Translations under genes and position numbers: made by a program
Origin: Raillietiella orientalis
Lineage: Eukaryota
Direction: 5' to 3'
Length of the DNA: 64,000 nt
Assembly: GCA_036172245.1 (NCBI GenBank)
Contig: JAYWIR010000005.1
Coordinates: forward strand, 3,162,001 to 3,226,000
The notes under the pieces: generated by a model
Seen by the model: only the letters and a program-made list of their open reading frames with translations
Database searches by the model: none
What the model was told of the DNA's origin: nothing
In this document: positions 35,401 to 47,329 of the stretch, piece after piece
How the letters are laid out: each line of letters starts with the position of its first letter
Numbering within the stretch: position 1 is the stretch's first letter

Positions 35401-36900
35401 GACGAGCTCCTTCTATCTACTTGACCAGGATCTCTGGCTGAGTCCCAAACTTTCCAGACGCCTTCCCGCGGTAGGAGAGCTCGCTTTCATGAACGAGGAG
35501 TGTTTGAGGACGTGCAAAAAGCCGTTCGGAACGTACCGGATCGCCAGCTGCGACAAAGAGGTTTCGAACCCACGACCTACCTTTCACACGGCAGGCGGGA
35601 TCTCTGCCGCTACTCCGAACGCGAGCTCCGGCCTTAGGCGTAGTAGGACCGCTGGTTTCCTCCTAAAACGGGGAGTCGAGATGCGAAGGCTGCCGCTGTC
35701 CCATCGAGAATCGTCCAGTATGGTCGGCATGCTGACCGAGCCGATCAGTCAGACTGTTTTTTATTGGAGGGTTACTATGAATTCAATGGATGAGAGGGAG
35801 CGGCGCTGAGTTTTTGACAGCTCCAGAAGGAAATGCTCAGCTGCTCAAGAGCAGGGCTCTGCTGATGTTCCCTGGACTAGGAACTGTCTAATCACAGGAT
35901 GGGAGGATGTAAAGGGTGGATGTCGATGATGGATTGAGACTGCTTCCCATTCTTAATGGCAGGATCAGTCATTTGTGGAGACGGCAAGCAGGCATCTGAA
36001 TGACCAAAGGTAGGGTGGGTAACGCCAAAGTGCTATCAGGGCGCTCAAAAGAGACGAACCATAAAGCATTTGTTCTAAAAAGGTGTACTCTCTGTTGATT
36101 CTCCGCTAAACTCCTCTTCATTCTCTTAATGTCTCCATGAAAACCAGCAAATTTAAGCCACTCGTCCATTACAAGAAGCGTTTCCCAGGTGGACGGAAAT
36201 TTGCAGCCCGGCTGAAACAGGAAATGCCAGTTCCTTGACGAAAGTTGGTGTGGAGCGAAGAGCGTCTCGCTCTGTCCATTTGTTTTGCTTTCCATTTTTA
36301 CCCTTCAGGGAATTTGTTTACAAGAGGTTTTCCCTGCCTGAGCGGCTGCATCATTCGACGTGCCACTGGCGCGCGTCACGTGGCACAGGCTTGCGTCAAG
36401 TGGAGGTGGCGTAAAAGGGTGGGAGATCTTTTTGCCTTCGGTCGTGAGGCGTTCGGGATGGATGAATGCTGGAGTTTCACGACAAGATCTCTCTTTCTTC
36501 TTCCTGGAGCCACCTCCGTCCTCTTTCTCCGAGAATGCCTGTGGTGTTCCGGAACGGAACCCAAGCTCCTTAAGAAAAATAATAAACATCGCTTTTATCG
36601 AGTCTTCGGTCTTCGAGACCTTGATGCATACCTTGCCAAGATTGGCAGTCCAACCCAAGTGCCCCAGGCTGGAGACCATCTGGCGTGCCCTCCCCAAGGA
36701 ATTTCTTGGGGCTGGACGCTCATCCCCCAAAACCTTTGCACCAGTGAAAACTAGAGGAAGAGGAAGTGATTGGCATTTCTCTAGAACAGCTTGGAAGAAG
36801 CGAAAGAACCGTGCATCGATCCAAGCGGATCTCTGAGGCAGCTTTGTACTTGGGATTCCTGGACACTTACCAGCGGAGCAGGCGAACTGCCGTCGCGGAA
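29500..36900 (-). mobile_element. Near full-length decayed I-group non-LTR retrotransposon (ORF1, endonuclease, RT, RNase H)
   Basis: Collinear on the minus strand. ORF1: APHQLSSR, DIKRMKR...FVSFERP, FWSCQKL. Endonuclease: ADPRGQVSNRLF...DVYLFCGP (~33650-33830). RT: ATQMLFRL, CLKSKNLF, ESTLRHLV, SPRLCAINQ, GLRFKSNDLDFIP, KIYRT, GNPFRT...SPMCSV. RNase H: SDG, YSLFLRAM, GHIGNQG...DAFA (~29850-30300). Many stops and frameshifts; ends approximate. Confidence 0.7.
35545..35625 (-). mobile_element. tRNA-derived SINE head nested in the LINE fossil
   Basis: Minus strand reads GGAGTAGCGGCAGAG (A-box) ... AGGTCGTGGGTTCGAAACC (B-box at 35560-35570) with tRNA-like spacing; no intact acceptor stem. Confidence 0.5.
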
Positions 36901-37199
36901 CCTCCAAATAAATGAAAGGAAACAAAAAGAAAAAGACACAGGCAGCCATTGGCTGCAAGTGGTGATGAAATTTTCTATCGATCCAAGGCCACGATTCTTG
37001 CCAAGAAAAGACCTTGCCAAGCAGACGGAAAATAGGAGAAAAGTAAGGCGGCGTCTTGCAAAATAAAGGGAGAAGGGAGCGTGCAGTTGCTGCAATGAGA
37101 AATGGGGAAGCGAAAAATGAGGAGAAAGAGGGGTCTCACGTCCTCTTTGCTCCGCCGTTAAACATCGCGACTCATTGCTCTGTCATCTGATAAACGGAT

Positions 37200-39100
37200 G
37201 CACTCCAGAACGGGACATGGGGGGAACTCTTGAATATCGCAAACAGATCATCTGGTGAGAACCCTCCAAAGAGTACTTTGTTGCATCAAGCGGTCTCAGG
37301 TCTCTATGTTCTACAGGAGCGTGGATTGAATCATGCAGTTAATAAAAGCAAGACGCGCCGAAAAGGAAACTTTCACCGAATCACAGAAAGTGAAATTGCA
37401 AAATCAGAATTTGGCCGGTCTGCAGCGCTTTCGAAATCATTTGGCAACTTTTGCTGTTTACAATCGACAGTTTCCCTCGAGGAACGTTGGAATAGGTCGT
37501 GATGAACCCTAAAGTTCTTTTGGTCCCAAATTGGCAAAGCAGTGGGTGCAGACTCTATCTGGTCAACCCTTTTTTCGAAGGGCTGCATCAAATGCGACCA
37601 TCAACCAAAACAAGAGCCAGCTCCCTGAACAAAAAATGCCAGAAGGCATTTCCCGAAACTCATCTCCATATCAAATTGACTGATCATTGAGAATGAGCTT
37701 GAATCGCTCTCGGTGGACATACATTCCCGGGCTGGAGGCAAGCTTGTCATGGTCACTGAGGTTCGAGATAACCGATGTCCGAATCTCGCTCAAAATCTGT
37801 GACACAGGGCGAGCTCCTAGCTTGACTGCTCTTCAGGAACTGGATGTGCAATGGGTATGTGCAACATTCGAAATTGACCCAGGTCACTTGTGAACACATT
37901 TGCTGCGGTGACAACTAGCTTGCTGTGATTATGAAAACAAATGAGAATGGCTTTCCTTTGTGAACAGATACATATCTCAGACACCTCATCGTGGTTGGCA
38001 GATTGGATGCTGCTGAGGCAGATCACAGATACGCTAACCGGAAACCCTAAAATCATCTTATGGACATTTCTCTCCATATTATGATTGCAGAAAGATGATA
38101 AGACAAAAGGCGAAAGCTACTCCGCTTGAAGAATTTTCGCGGCTGAATTAAACAACTGGACACGTGTTCTTCTGTAGGATTTGCTGATGTTTCTGGGTGT
38201 TTCTGGGACTGTGATGCATGTGCATTGAATCGGCCCGACGGATCTCCAGCCCTAACTAAGAGCCATGTGCCAGCCCAAAAGTAAAAATGCAATTTCGATC
38301 CTTTTGATTTTGCGATGGAGAGCCACCTACAAAAAGTATCTAATAGCAAAGTGTGTTTAATGTACGCAAGAGTCGCTTCAGAGTACAGAGCTATGTGATT
38401 AAACTTAAAAATAGGATCTGGTGGGATTCCTTTGATTTCGAATCTCATGTGATCCTCTCGAGGTTTTCAGTGATACTCTTTGATCACTGAAATTCCTTCG
38501 CTATCTATAAAGCGTGTCTTTCGATTTGCTCCCGGACCTTCTGCCTTCAACTTTGCCGTCTTGTCATGGAGTCTTCCTTGCAGCGCAACTGCAAACCAAA
38601 ATCTTCCCGAGTCTTCCCAGCGATACCATCGCGTCTGGCTGCAAAGGCATCGGGAAGTACTGCTTTCAACACATCACCCTGAGCAACCTTGCCGCTCTGC
38701 ACACGGAGTATATTTGCAGCACCATCACACACCACTACTCTTGCACCTGCAGACTGCCTAATACCCTGAATTATAAAAAGGATCCTATCATCGAAACACT
38801 TCTTGGTGACTCGAGATTCGTTTTTCTTGATGCAAATAACACTGGTGAAACTGGAGAAGATGGCATCCTTCTCTTCCGAAGAGTGAAACACATGAGTTAC
38901 TGGGATCTCATGCTCTCAATCACTGTTGCAGGAGATGGACTCGACCTTCCTCATCGATGATTAGCTAAATAGAGTAATAGAACTTCGGCGAACTGCTGAT
39001 CTAAAAGAGCTTTCATCTTGAAGTCTGCCTTCGCAATGACTGATTTCCAGTCATTCACGAAACATTGGCGATCTCTTGGATACCTGCCATTCAGTTTGAG
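37200..39100 (+). mobile_element. Decayed LINE 5' portion (ORF1 plus start of endonuclease)
   Basis: KTRRKGNFHRITE...SFGN, PETHLHIKLT, RWTYIP, WVCATFEIDPGH (ORF1-like), then IIETLLGDSRFVFLDANNTGE and HELLGSH (endonuclease-like). Confidence 0.5.
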
Positions 39101-41828
39101 CTTAAGCAAAGCTCACCTCAACCCTGGCTCACTGAGCAGAAACACTGACCTTCGGGCAGCGCTTGTCTTCATGTTAATTTCGTGAACCACTGTTTAATCT
39201 AAATATCGTCAATTTTGATCCAAATATCTTTAAACATCAATGTCTAGATCTTCTCTTGGGGGGGGAGGGGGATAGTCCCCTTTGCCCTTTGGAAAAAGAG
39301 TAAAACTTTTCAGAAAAGAAAGGAAATTAGTTATTTCAATTAATTCCTCCGTGCATTCATTTCGATCTCTGACGGGCTCTCCTTCCAGTGTATTCCCAGA
39401 AGAACTGCGCTGTTACCCGATGGGAAAATACCAGATTTTTAACCGGATTTGGCACTCCCAATAAGGTTCACTGAAATTATCTTTCAGAATGTTTGGATGA
39501 AGGAAATCTCCTACCAAAACGATGTTTTCCTACGATCCTTTCCTTTCAAAACAGTAGCAGAGCTGCCAGCCATTTCAACTTTCTCGAGCATCGCTAAGAG
39601 TTTTGTGGCAGTATTAATTAAAGGCATAATTTCTTAACATTAAATCTGTTTAACATTAATTAGTCCAAAAAGTTAATCAATATAAAGCGGAAATGAAAAA
39701 ACTCATGTTAATTTATGTTATATAAAATAGAAAACAATTATGTTAAAATTTATGTTTATGTCACTGCGTGTGACTGCAAATGAGATTGATGAGTGGCTAA
39801 GTGGTGGTCTCCTCGGTGCATGCAAATTGTTCCCCTTAATGAGCATAAAATTCTGTGAAAGAAGTATCATTTTTTGCATTTCCTGTTTGAGTCAGAAACT
39901 TTGTACACAGATTGAATGAAATGCTAAAAGATAAAGCTTAAATAAAACTTGTTTTTTGCCACTCGGGTTTTAAGAAAAATAAAAGGACAGCATTGAGCAT
40001 CTAGAAGAGATGATATTCCTTTTCCCTTCTCTCTTCACTCATAGATATTTCAAATTCCCTTTATTCCACAACCAGGAATATTTAGAAGCAAATTGATTTT
40101 CTTCTTTTTCATCTATGTGAGCTTTATGAGAATTTAAAGATTAGATCTCGTAAGATTTTGTCACTAAAGATTGCACGCTTTTCATGACAACCCTGTCAGC
40201 TTTGATGATGAATGATAATCTGAATAGATTTATGGACCAATGGTGATTGCTGATGCTGCTGTCTAACTCTACTCTTACGCTTAGAATTGGGATCATTGAA
40301 ATTTGTTTTTCATACATAGGATCTCTCATGAAAAAGCTCTCTAATCCTTTTTGGTCCCCTTATTCCATGTTGTTTCCAGGAGGATGTTTGCAAATTTTAG
40401 TTAAGATAGTCTGACACCATTGTGATAACCGCAATCTTCTTGAAAGTAAATAAACATTTTATGACTCTCTATGATATTTTTTTACACTAAGTACTTAAAT
40501 CTGAAAAAGACTTAAAGTAAAATATGCATTTATGAGATCAACATTATTCGGTAAAAACTAATAAGCAGCTGAATATTTAAATGACTTCTAGAATTTTTTT
40601 TAAATTTTATATGAAATTAAACAATTTTGATAGAATGGTACGAATTCTTTTTTGATCAACATCCTGAAATTTGCATGAACTTTGATATGGCTATTGCAAT
40701 TTGATTAGTACATGATTATTGAAAAGCTGTATATTCACCATTACGTAGGGTCTTGCTTCTGAAATCAAAATTGCATAATGTCGACCGTGATTTCGTAAGG
40801 ATGTCTGCTTGTAAATAAAGAAATTTAATTTAATTTTTATAGTGAAAATTTATGAAGAAAATTTAATTTACAATAGAACATAGCTTTCGAATGAAACCTT
40901 TCCAACGTAATAAAGCCATACGCACACTCCTGGAAACTATGAAGTTATAGATAAGCGTTCTAACACAATAAGTGTATGGAAAGTTCGAAAAAGTTCGAAC
41001 TAAAATTAGCTTCCTAATATGAGATGAGAATCTGATGTGAGACTTTTCCTCATAAAATATGAGTTAATTTCCTTTTATTCGAATTAATTAAAGAATATTC
41101 TGCTTTTAAATTTGGAGCATATTGAAACGTTTCCATTAACTCAAAAAAACAGAAAAAAATTATTTTAGAAATTTATTCCCACCATAAAATACAAAAGTCA
41201 GCTGGAAATATGTTCTTTCTTATTTATTTTATGAATCACTTCGTAATTACTCATTTACTTGCACGTTAGGAGCTATGTCTTTTTTTTATTTTTTAAGGAT
41301 CTATTGATTAGCATTGTTACTTGGTATTCTGGTGACTACGTAAATAAAATTTTAGGGCATAAGTCCCGTAGGATGCCTGTTATTAATTGTGATGCTTTTG
41401 AAAGCAGTGCACCGAGTTGATAAATTGAAATTCTGCATTTTGCTTTGTTAGTTAGAAAAATACTTTTTCCCTGTTGTTTGTGCGAGAACAAAGCTTGCAG
41501 CAATTTTTTCGAAATTAGTTGTAAATGAATTTTTTTTTATAATACAATTTGGAATTAAATGCAGAATTCATCAGAGTCTTGTAAGTAATTGTCTGCTATT
41601 ATGTATTATTATGCAGGTACATTTCGGTGTGTACTTTACGATTTTAGTGTGTCTGTTATCTTTCTGTTATGATGGATTGTTGAATACAATTTTTTCTCTT
41701 TATCTTAAATATATTGTCATTCAAAATGTCTGCATAAACATGCCAAATGTGATGTAAAATAGAATTAAAAAATTCGCAAGTTCATTTCATGTTTCTGCTC
41801 AATTTAGAGTTTTAGATGTATTTCCCGA

Positions 41829-41875
41829 TTCTCTTTTTAACGAATAACGTAAGACGTTATTCGTTAAAAAGAGAA
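41829..41875. repeat. Perfect 22-bp inverted repeat with 3-nt loop
   Basis: TTCTCTTTTTAACGAATAACGT-AAG-ACGTTATTCGTTAAAAAGAGAA. Confidence 0.95.
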
Positions 41876-43927
41876 GGTTAGAGAAGGAATAGAAGGTTTA
41901 GTTGGAATGAACTTCAAGTTCTTGCCTTTGGAAATTAAAGAATTATTGCAAAGAGTTTTACACTTCCAGTGACAAATTTTTTGCGTATGGCTGCTACTGA
42001 AATGATCTAAAATACTGACAAGGGGTATCTTCGATGACCCCTTTCAAAATTCAGTGAAACATAGATGTTTGTTGCAAAAAGCTATTAATTCTCAAGAGTA
42101 TTTTTGCAAAACAAAGAATAATTGAGAAATTTCTTTCCTAAATGATGGCCTTCCTTAAAGGATGAACTTAAGAAGCTTAGAGCTTGAGAATTTGTATGGC
42201 ATAGCCATTTTTTTATTGTTTTTACATGTTTCCATAGATGCTCCATATTTCGTCGCAGATATATCATTTATACAAAGTTGTGAGTTTTGCGTTATTAGCA
42301 AGCACTCGTAAATTGCAGAATTTTTAGCAATTCTAGACTGTACAGCATTAGAATTATCTGTGTATTTTAAGATCAGGAAATGGATTTTTTGTTGGATATT
42401 ACTTTTATTAGAGATAGGCTTCGTTGATAGACCTTTATTCTTGGTACTAACCAGACAATTTTCTTGAGCTCACAAATCATTATGTAATCAAATAGAATTA
42501 CCAAATAAAAATGAATAAAAGGCTCATACCTGTAGCACATACCATTGGAATGTAATTAAAGTGGTGAGAAGCATTTGTACCAGCACACCATAAGTGACCC
42601 AAGATTAGAACAAATTCTTAATGAAAGACAATAACATTATCAGTAGTAGAAGGCCACTGTTGATGTCAAAAATAAAATAGCTGTTTTCTTATGTATCCTT
42701 TTGATCTACCATGAATTAGAGAAAGAAAATTATTTTCCTTTCTTATTAACAAACCTTAAACTGATTTTTTAACACAAACACTGGATTGTGCAAATGCTAA
42801 ACTGGAACCAAGGTCAGTCACCATTCACAATAAGAATCATTCACTATCAAAACTTATTATATTGTCACATGGAGGGGAGAAAAGAAATATGGAAAGGAGA
42901 AACAAATTAACTTTTGAGTTTAGACATTGTTGCAGAAAAGGAAATGAACATAAATCAGAAGGAAACCATGATTGACCAAATTTGTTTTTGTTTCATTCCA
43001 ACTGAATTGATCCCAAAAGTGTTCATAGGTTTCCCCTTTTTGTGTTTGTTTGTTTGTTTTCGGAGATTCTAGTAATGTACCAAAGTTTTGCAAAAATCAA
43101 AACTTAGTGCAAGTCCTTTTGATTGTAACATTTTGAATAAGTCATCCACTTCTCTTACTTTGTTACCACCTGTTTCATTAGAAAAAAGGGTTCAATTTTC
43201 AGTGATTTTAAAGTATTCTAGGTTGTTGTCATGAAGTTTATTTTTCGGAAATTTGTGAAAATGAGCTAGTCAAGGATTTTAGAAAGCAATAAAAAAATTT
43301 GATGTAAGCTACAAATTCATATTCTTAAGGTCCTTTTTGCAGTAAAAAAAATTACATATGTTGCTACAAGTAATACTCCTCAGTCTGCTGCATCATGTGC
43401 TGTTTCATTTTGTTCATTTCAGTCAAAAATTATATCATGCAGAACGAACTTTTATATGGAACCACAAAATATACAAAATTCAATTCATGTACTACATTAT
43501 GTGATGTGTTGTGAAATGATGTGAAGGTTTTTTCTTTCTTTATCTTGATTTACAAGTATTAGATTGTTGATTCAGCACCCCCAACACCAAATATGGCTTC
43601 CTACTTAATTATTTTGTTTCCTTTTTTTGTTTTTCATAGGCAAAATCCAAATCAAATGTAGGGATTCTTTAAGTATCATGTAAGTATTCTTTGAAAGACT
43701 TTATTCATTAAATGTCTGATTTTGTTAATAAGTTCAATTAATACAGTTTTGTCATGTTGTAATTATCAGCAAGAAATGTGATGGTCATGTATTTAGATTT
43801 TTTTTAGCCAAGATTTATTTTTAGAGTGCAGATTCTTTTTTTTTTAGGTTCTTGAATGAAATATATTTTGAAGTTTACATGTGGCAATATGTTTATATTT
43901 TGTAAATACAGTAGTAACTAAACAAAA

Positions 43928-45615
43928 ATGACGATTCTTCCAAAAAAGAAAAATTCTCAAGCCAAAAATGATAATGAGACTAAATCATTAGAAGTGTCTC
44001 ATGGTGGTATGGCTGCACAAGTGAGTTGATAATGAGTAACAAAAAAATTCAAGTGGAGTTTAGGCTTCAGAGGGACGGTTGTATACTAGTAGCTCCAATT
44101 GGTCTAATGCTACTTCAAGAGAAGAGAAAAGGCAGGCCCATGCATCAGCATCTCGTTATGAAGAATCCAAGGACAGTTCTAGCAGTCACTGTAAGAGACA
44201 TCATCGCTCCAGTCCACATAGGTTAGCTATTAGAAAGAAACTACTGTGCATGTCCACACGAAGGATATAATTGATCATAGTGGACCCTTTAGGAGTGTGC
44301 GCAGTAAATTACGAGACAGGGAAAGGGAACGAGGAAATGGGGGTTCATCTCCTGCTTATCCCAGCACCAGTTCAGCTAATGCGACTGGTGGTACTTCTCC
44401 TTTAGCAGGTCCATCAGTGATACTGGCAGAAGATGTCAGTGGATATAATTCCAGTGATGAATATGGGGGCTCATCTCAGCTGAGCAAAGAGGATCTTGAA
44501 GAGGTCAGTAAATGCAGAGAGTAACCTTAATATGTTGGATAAATAGAAGGAACGACGCTTTGAAAAGAAGATGCGCAAAAAAGGTTTCATCATCAAACAA
44601 ATGATTGAAGATGGTGCTTGTTTGTTTCGTGCAGTTGCTGACCAAGTGTATGGAGATCAAGATATGCATCATGTAGTTCGAAGACATTGCATGGACTATA
44701 TTGTAAGGATGTTGTGTGTATGTGTTTGGGTGTCTTTCTGGATGTAAAGGGTTTTTAGGCACAAAATCAGGATTACTTTTCCCAGTATGTGACCGAGGAT
44801 TTTACCACCTATGTGAACCGCAAACGTGAGCCCCATGTGCATGGCAACCACATCGAGATTCAGGCTATGAGTGAGATGTTTAATCGACCTATTGAGGTTT
44901 ACTGCTATACCATTGGTGTGTTGGAGGCTGTGCAAAGCATTGCTACACTGCTCTTCTAGAACCCATCAACACGTTCCATGGGATGCATGTAACCGAGAAT
45001 GAACCCATGAGGCTTTCCTACCATGGTGGCACACATTACAACAGTGTTGTGGATCCATGGAAAGCCACAATTGGTGTAGGACTTGGCCTTCCAGGGCTAG
45101 TGCCTGGGATGGCTGAGCAGAATTTGATTGGCGAGGCTGTGCTACGCAGTGAGGAGCTTCATCTTGAGCAGGCAATGCTAGAGGACAAGCTGCGTGCCAC
45201 TGATTGGGAGGCTACCAGTGAGGCCCTTGAAGAGCAAGTGGCTCGGGAAAGCTATCTGCAGTGGTTGAAAGATATGGGGAAATGCAGCCGGACAACACAA
45301 TCAGCTACTATGACATCAGAAGCCTTGGCTTCTGGGAGGGAGAATGATCCAATAAGCCCCAAGGATCTCCCTACTACCAGTCAGATGGCCAGCGAGGATT
45401 CCAGTCAGAGGGCACCTGTCCCTGCCAATGTTTATGGTAAACAGTGGGACTCTTGTGGCTGGGCTACGTTTGCCCATGTCGCAGAGCCAGAAGAGTGGGC
45501 AGATGCAGATATTTTGGCACAAGTGCTTGCTGTTTCCCAGCAGGAGTATCTGGAAAGTCTGAAGCATAATGCCAGCAAGGACAGTGATATTGGCAGTGGT
45601 GGCTCTTCCAGCTAG
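43928..45615 (+). CDS. OTUD5: OTU domain-containing deubiquitinase 5 (DUBA)
   Basis: Exons 43928-44020, 44064-44221, 44293-44503, 44547-44702, 44759-44915, 44960-45615 (476 aa). N-terminus MTILPKKK, activating phospho-motif GYNSSDEY, catalytic DGACLFRA and [14 protein letters not shown]-terminal [17 protein letters not shown]. Confidence 0.95.
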
Positions 45616-45967
45616 CAGAACACAGTAGTATTTGCTTGGATCAGTTATATGTTGATTGAGAGAAGGGGGAGGGAGAGAGTGCCTGCAAGAGAGAGTGTCA
45701 TTCTGCATGACAACAGTTTTTTTTCCCTTTTCCTGCTTTTTTTTTTTTTTTTTTTCCCCTCCCACCATCATTTTTCTTTTTTCTTTTCTTTTTTGTAAAA
45801 GTATCCTCTGTGAAGCAGATAGCTTCAACTTTAGTCTTATGCATTTCCTTATTTTTAAAAAAAAAGAAAAAGACAGACATAATTTATAGATCAATAATGT
45901 GATTTTCTTCTATGGAATTGGCAGTGATAGTTGAAATCAAATTATGTTTTATTTCTTTGAGTAAAAG

Positions 45968-46083
45968 ATTAGAAGTATTCACTGAATTGTATGTTTTTAG
46001 ATCAAATTAGAAATATTCACTGAATTGTATGTTTTTAGATTAAATTAGAAATATTCACTGAATTGTGTGTTTTTAGATTAAAT
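45968..46083 (+). repeat. 38-bp tandem repeat, 3 copies
   Basis: Unit ATTAGAAATATTCACTGAATTGTATGTTTTTAGATYAA starting at 45968, 46006 and 46044 with a few substitutions. Confidence 0.9.
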
Positions 46084-47329
46084 CTGCATAGAAATATCGT
46101 GATTGGTGAAATGAAATCATTGCTTTCCTGCAAAATAATTGGAAATTTAAGATGTAATTGCAAACTTTGAAATTATAATTGAAATTCAAATTCACAATAT
46201 GAATATACTCAGTGTGTGTTTCATGAATTTTCCAGTAAATCTCAAATTACTGAGAAGTAGAAATTGTTAAATGTTTGTTTGCCACATGTATGTTACATTT
46301 TTGTACTTAGTCATATTTAAATTTTCCTGTACTTGATGTTTAAATCCATCATAATGCCTCAGTTAGACGATGATCTTGAAATTTAGTATAGTATGTGTAA
46401 TACATATCGGAAAGTCTTTGGTAAAAAAACATGCTTCGTAGGCTTTTTCATACATTTTGAAAAAAATGAGGTTATGCATTCGAGTTTGGGATCTAAGTAT
46501 CTCATTATTACTATAGTCATCAGAATTATCACTTAAGAGCTAGCTGAAGATGTTGACTTTAAAAATTAATATTCAGTCTGAAAGGAGCATGAAAAAAGTT
46601 TATTGAGGTATTTCATAGTCAATACCGATGTTTTTTCAGATAAAGATACTACATTAAGAAGGTGGATGCATATTTAATACATGCATCCATCGAGAGTATT
46701 ACTCTTATAGGTTTATGCCTTAAAAGATACCTGATGTAAAGTCAATGATTGAAAGCAAAGTTTTTTTTCTTGGTGATGTATTATGCAGTTACACTTTTCT
46801 GATTTTTTCGCAATCGTGGAACGATTTTGCTGTTGTAGCTTAAAAGCTACATACAATAGTTGTGTCATTGACATCCATTTTGCAGGTACTTCATTTTTCC
46901 AGATATCTTCATCCTAGTATTGGTTACCCTAGGAATTTAAATGGAGTAATTCAAAGGTCTTAATTAGAAGGAATGTTACCTCGCATTAGTTGTTGCCTTT
47001 CAGAGTTTAGATTTTCAAATAAGAAAAGCAATTCTTAGAGATTGTCATTTGCGAACTGTGAGATGAATCTTTTTTGAAGTTGGAATATTAACACAACCCC
47101 TAATGAGCGATGTCCGGGTTATCAGCTATTGCTTTGGTCTGTATGATCTGCATAAATCAAATGTTCGGTGTTGTCAACAAAATATTAGCTCCGGACTATT
47201 TTATAACAGAAGATGCAACTTAATAAAGATGAAAATGAGTTCTGTCTGTGTGCTGATTTCAAGAGTAACTGAGATCGTTACTTTCCGGAATTAATCTCTG
47301 AACTTTTTCATGGATTCTTTCATGAGCCT

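Noticed and set aside
35545..35625. Functional tRNA gene
   Set aside because: Pol III boxes are present but no complete cloverleaf could be built; treated as a SINE head.
334..39000. Numerous 60-270 aa ORFs in the GC-rich domain
   Set aside because: They overlap on both strands, are rich in R/S/P/G and are expected in high-GC non-coding DNA.
42018..42050. Terminator-like hairpin followed by Ts
   Set aside because: Short stem with no meaning as a bacterial terminator in animal DNA; likely chance.
45968..46083. CRISPR-like array
   Set aside because: Units are contiguous with no unique spacers, and the context is eukaryotic.
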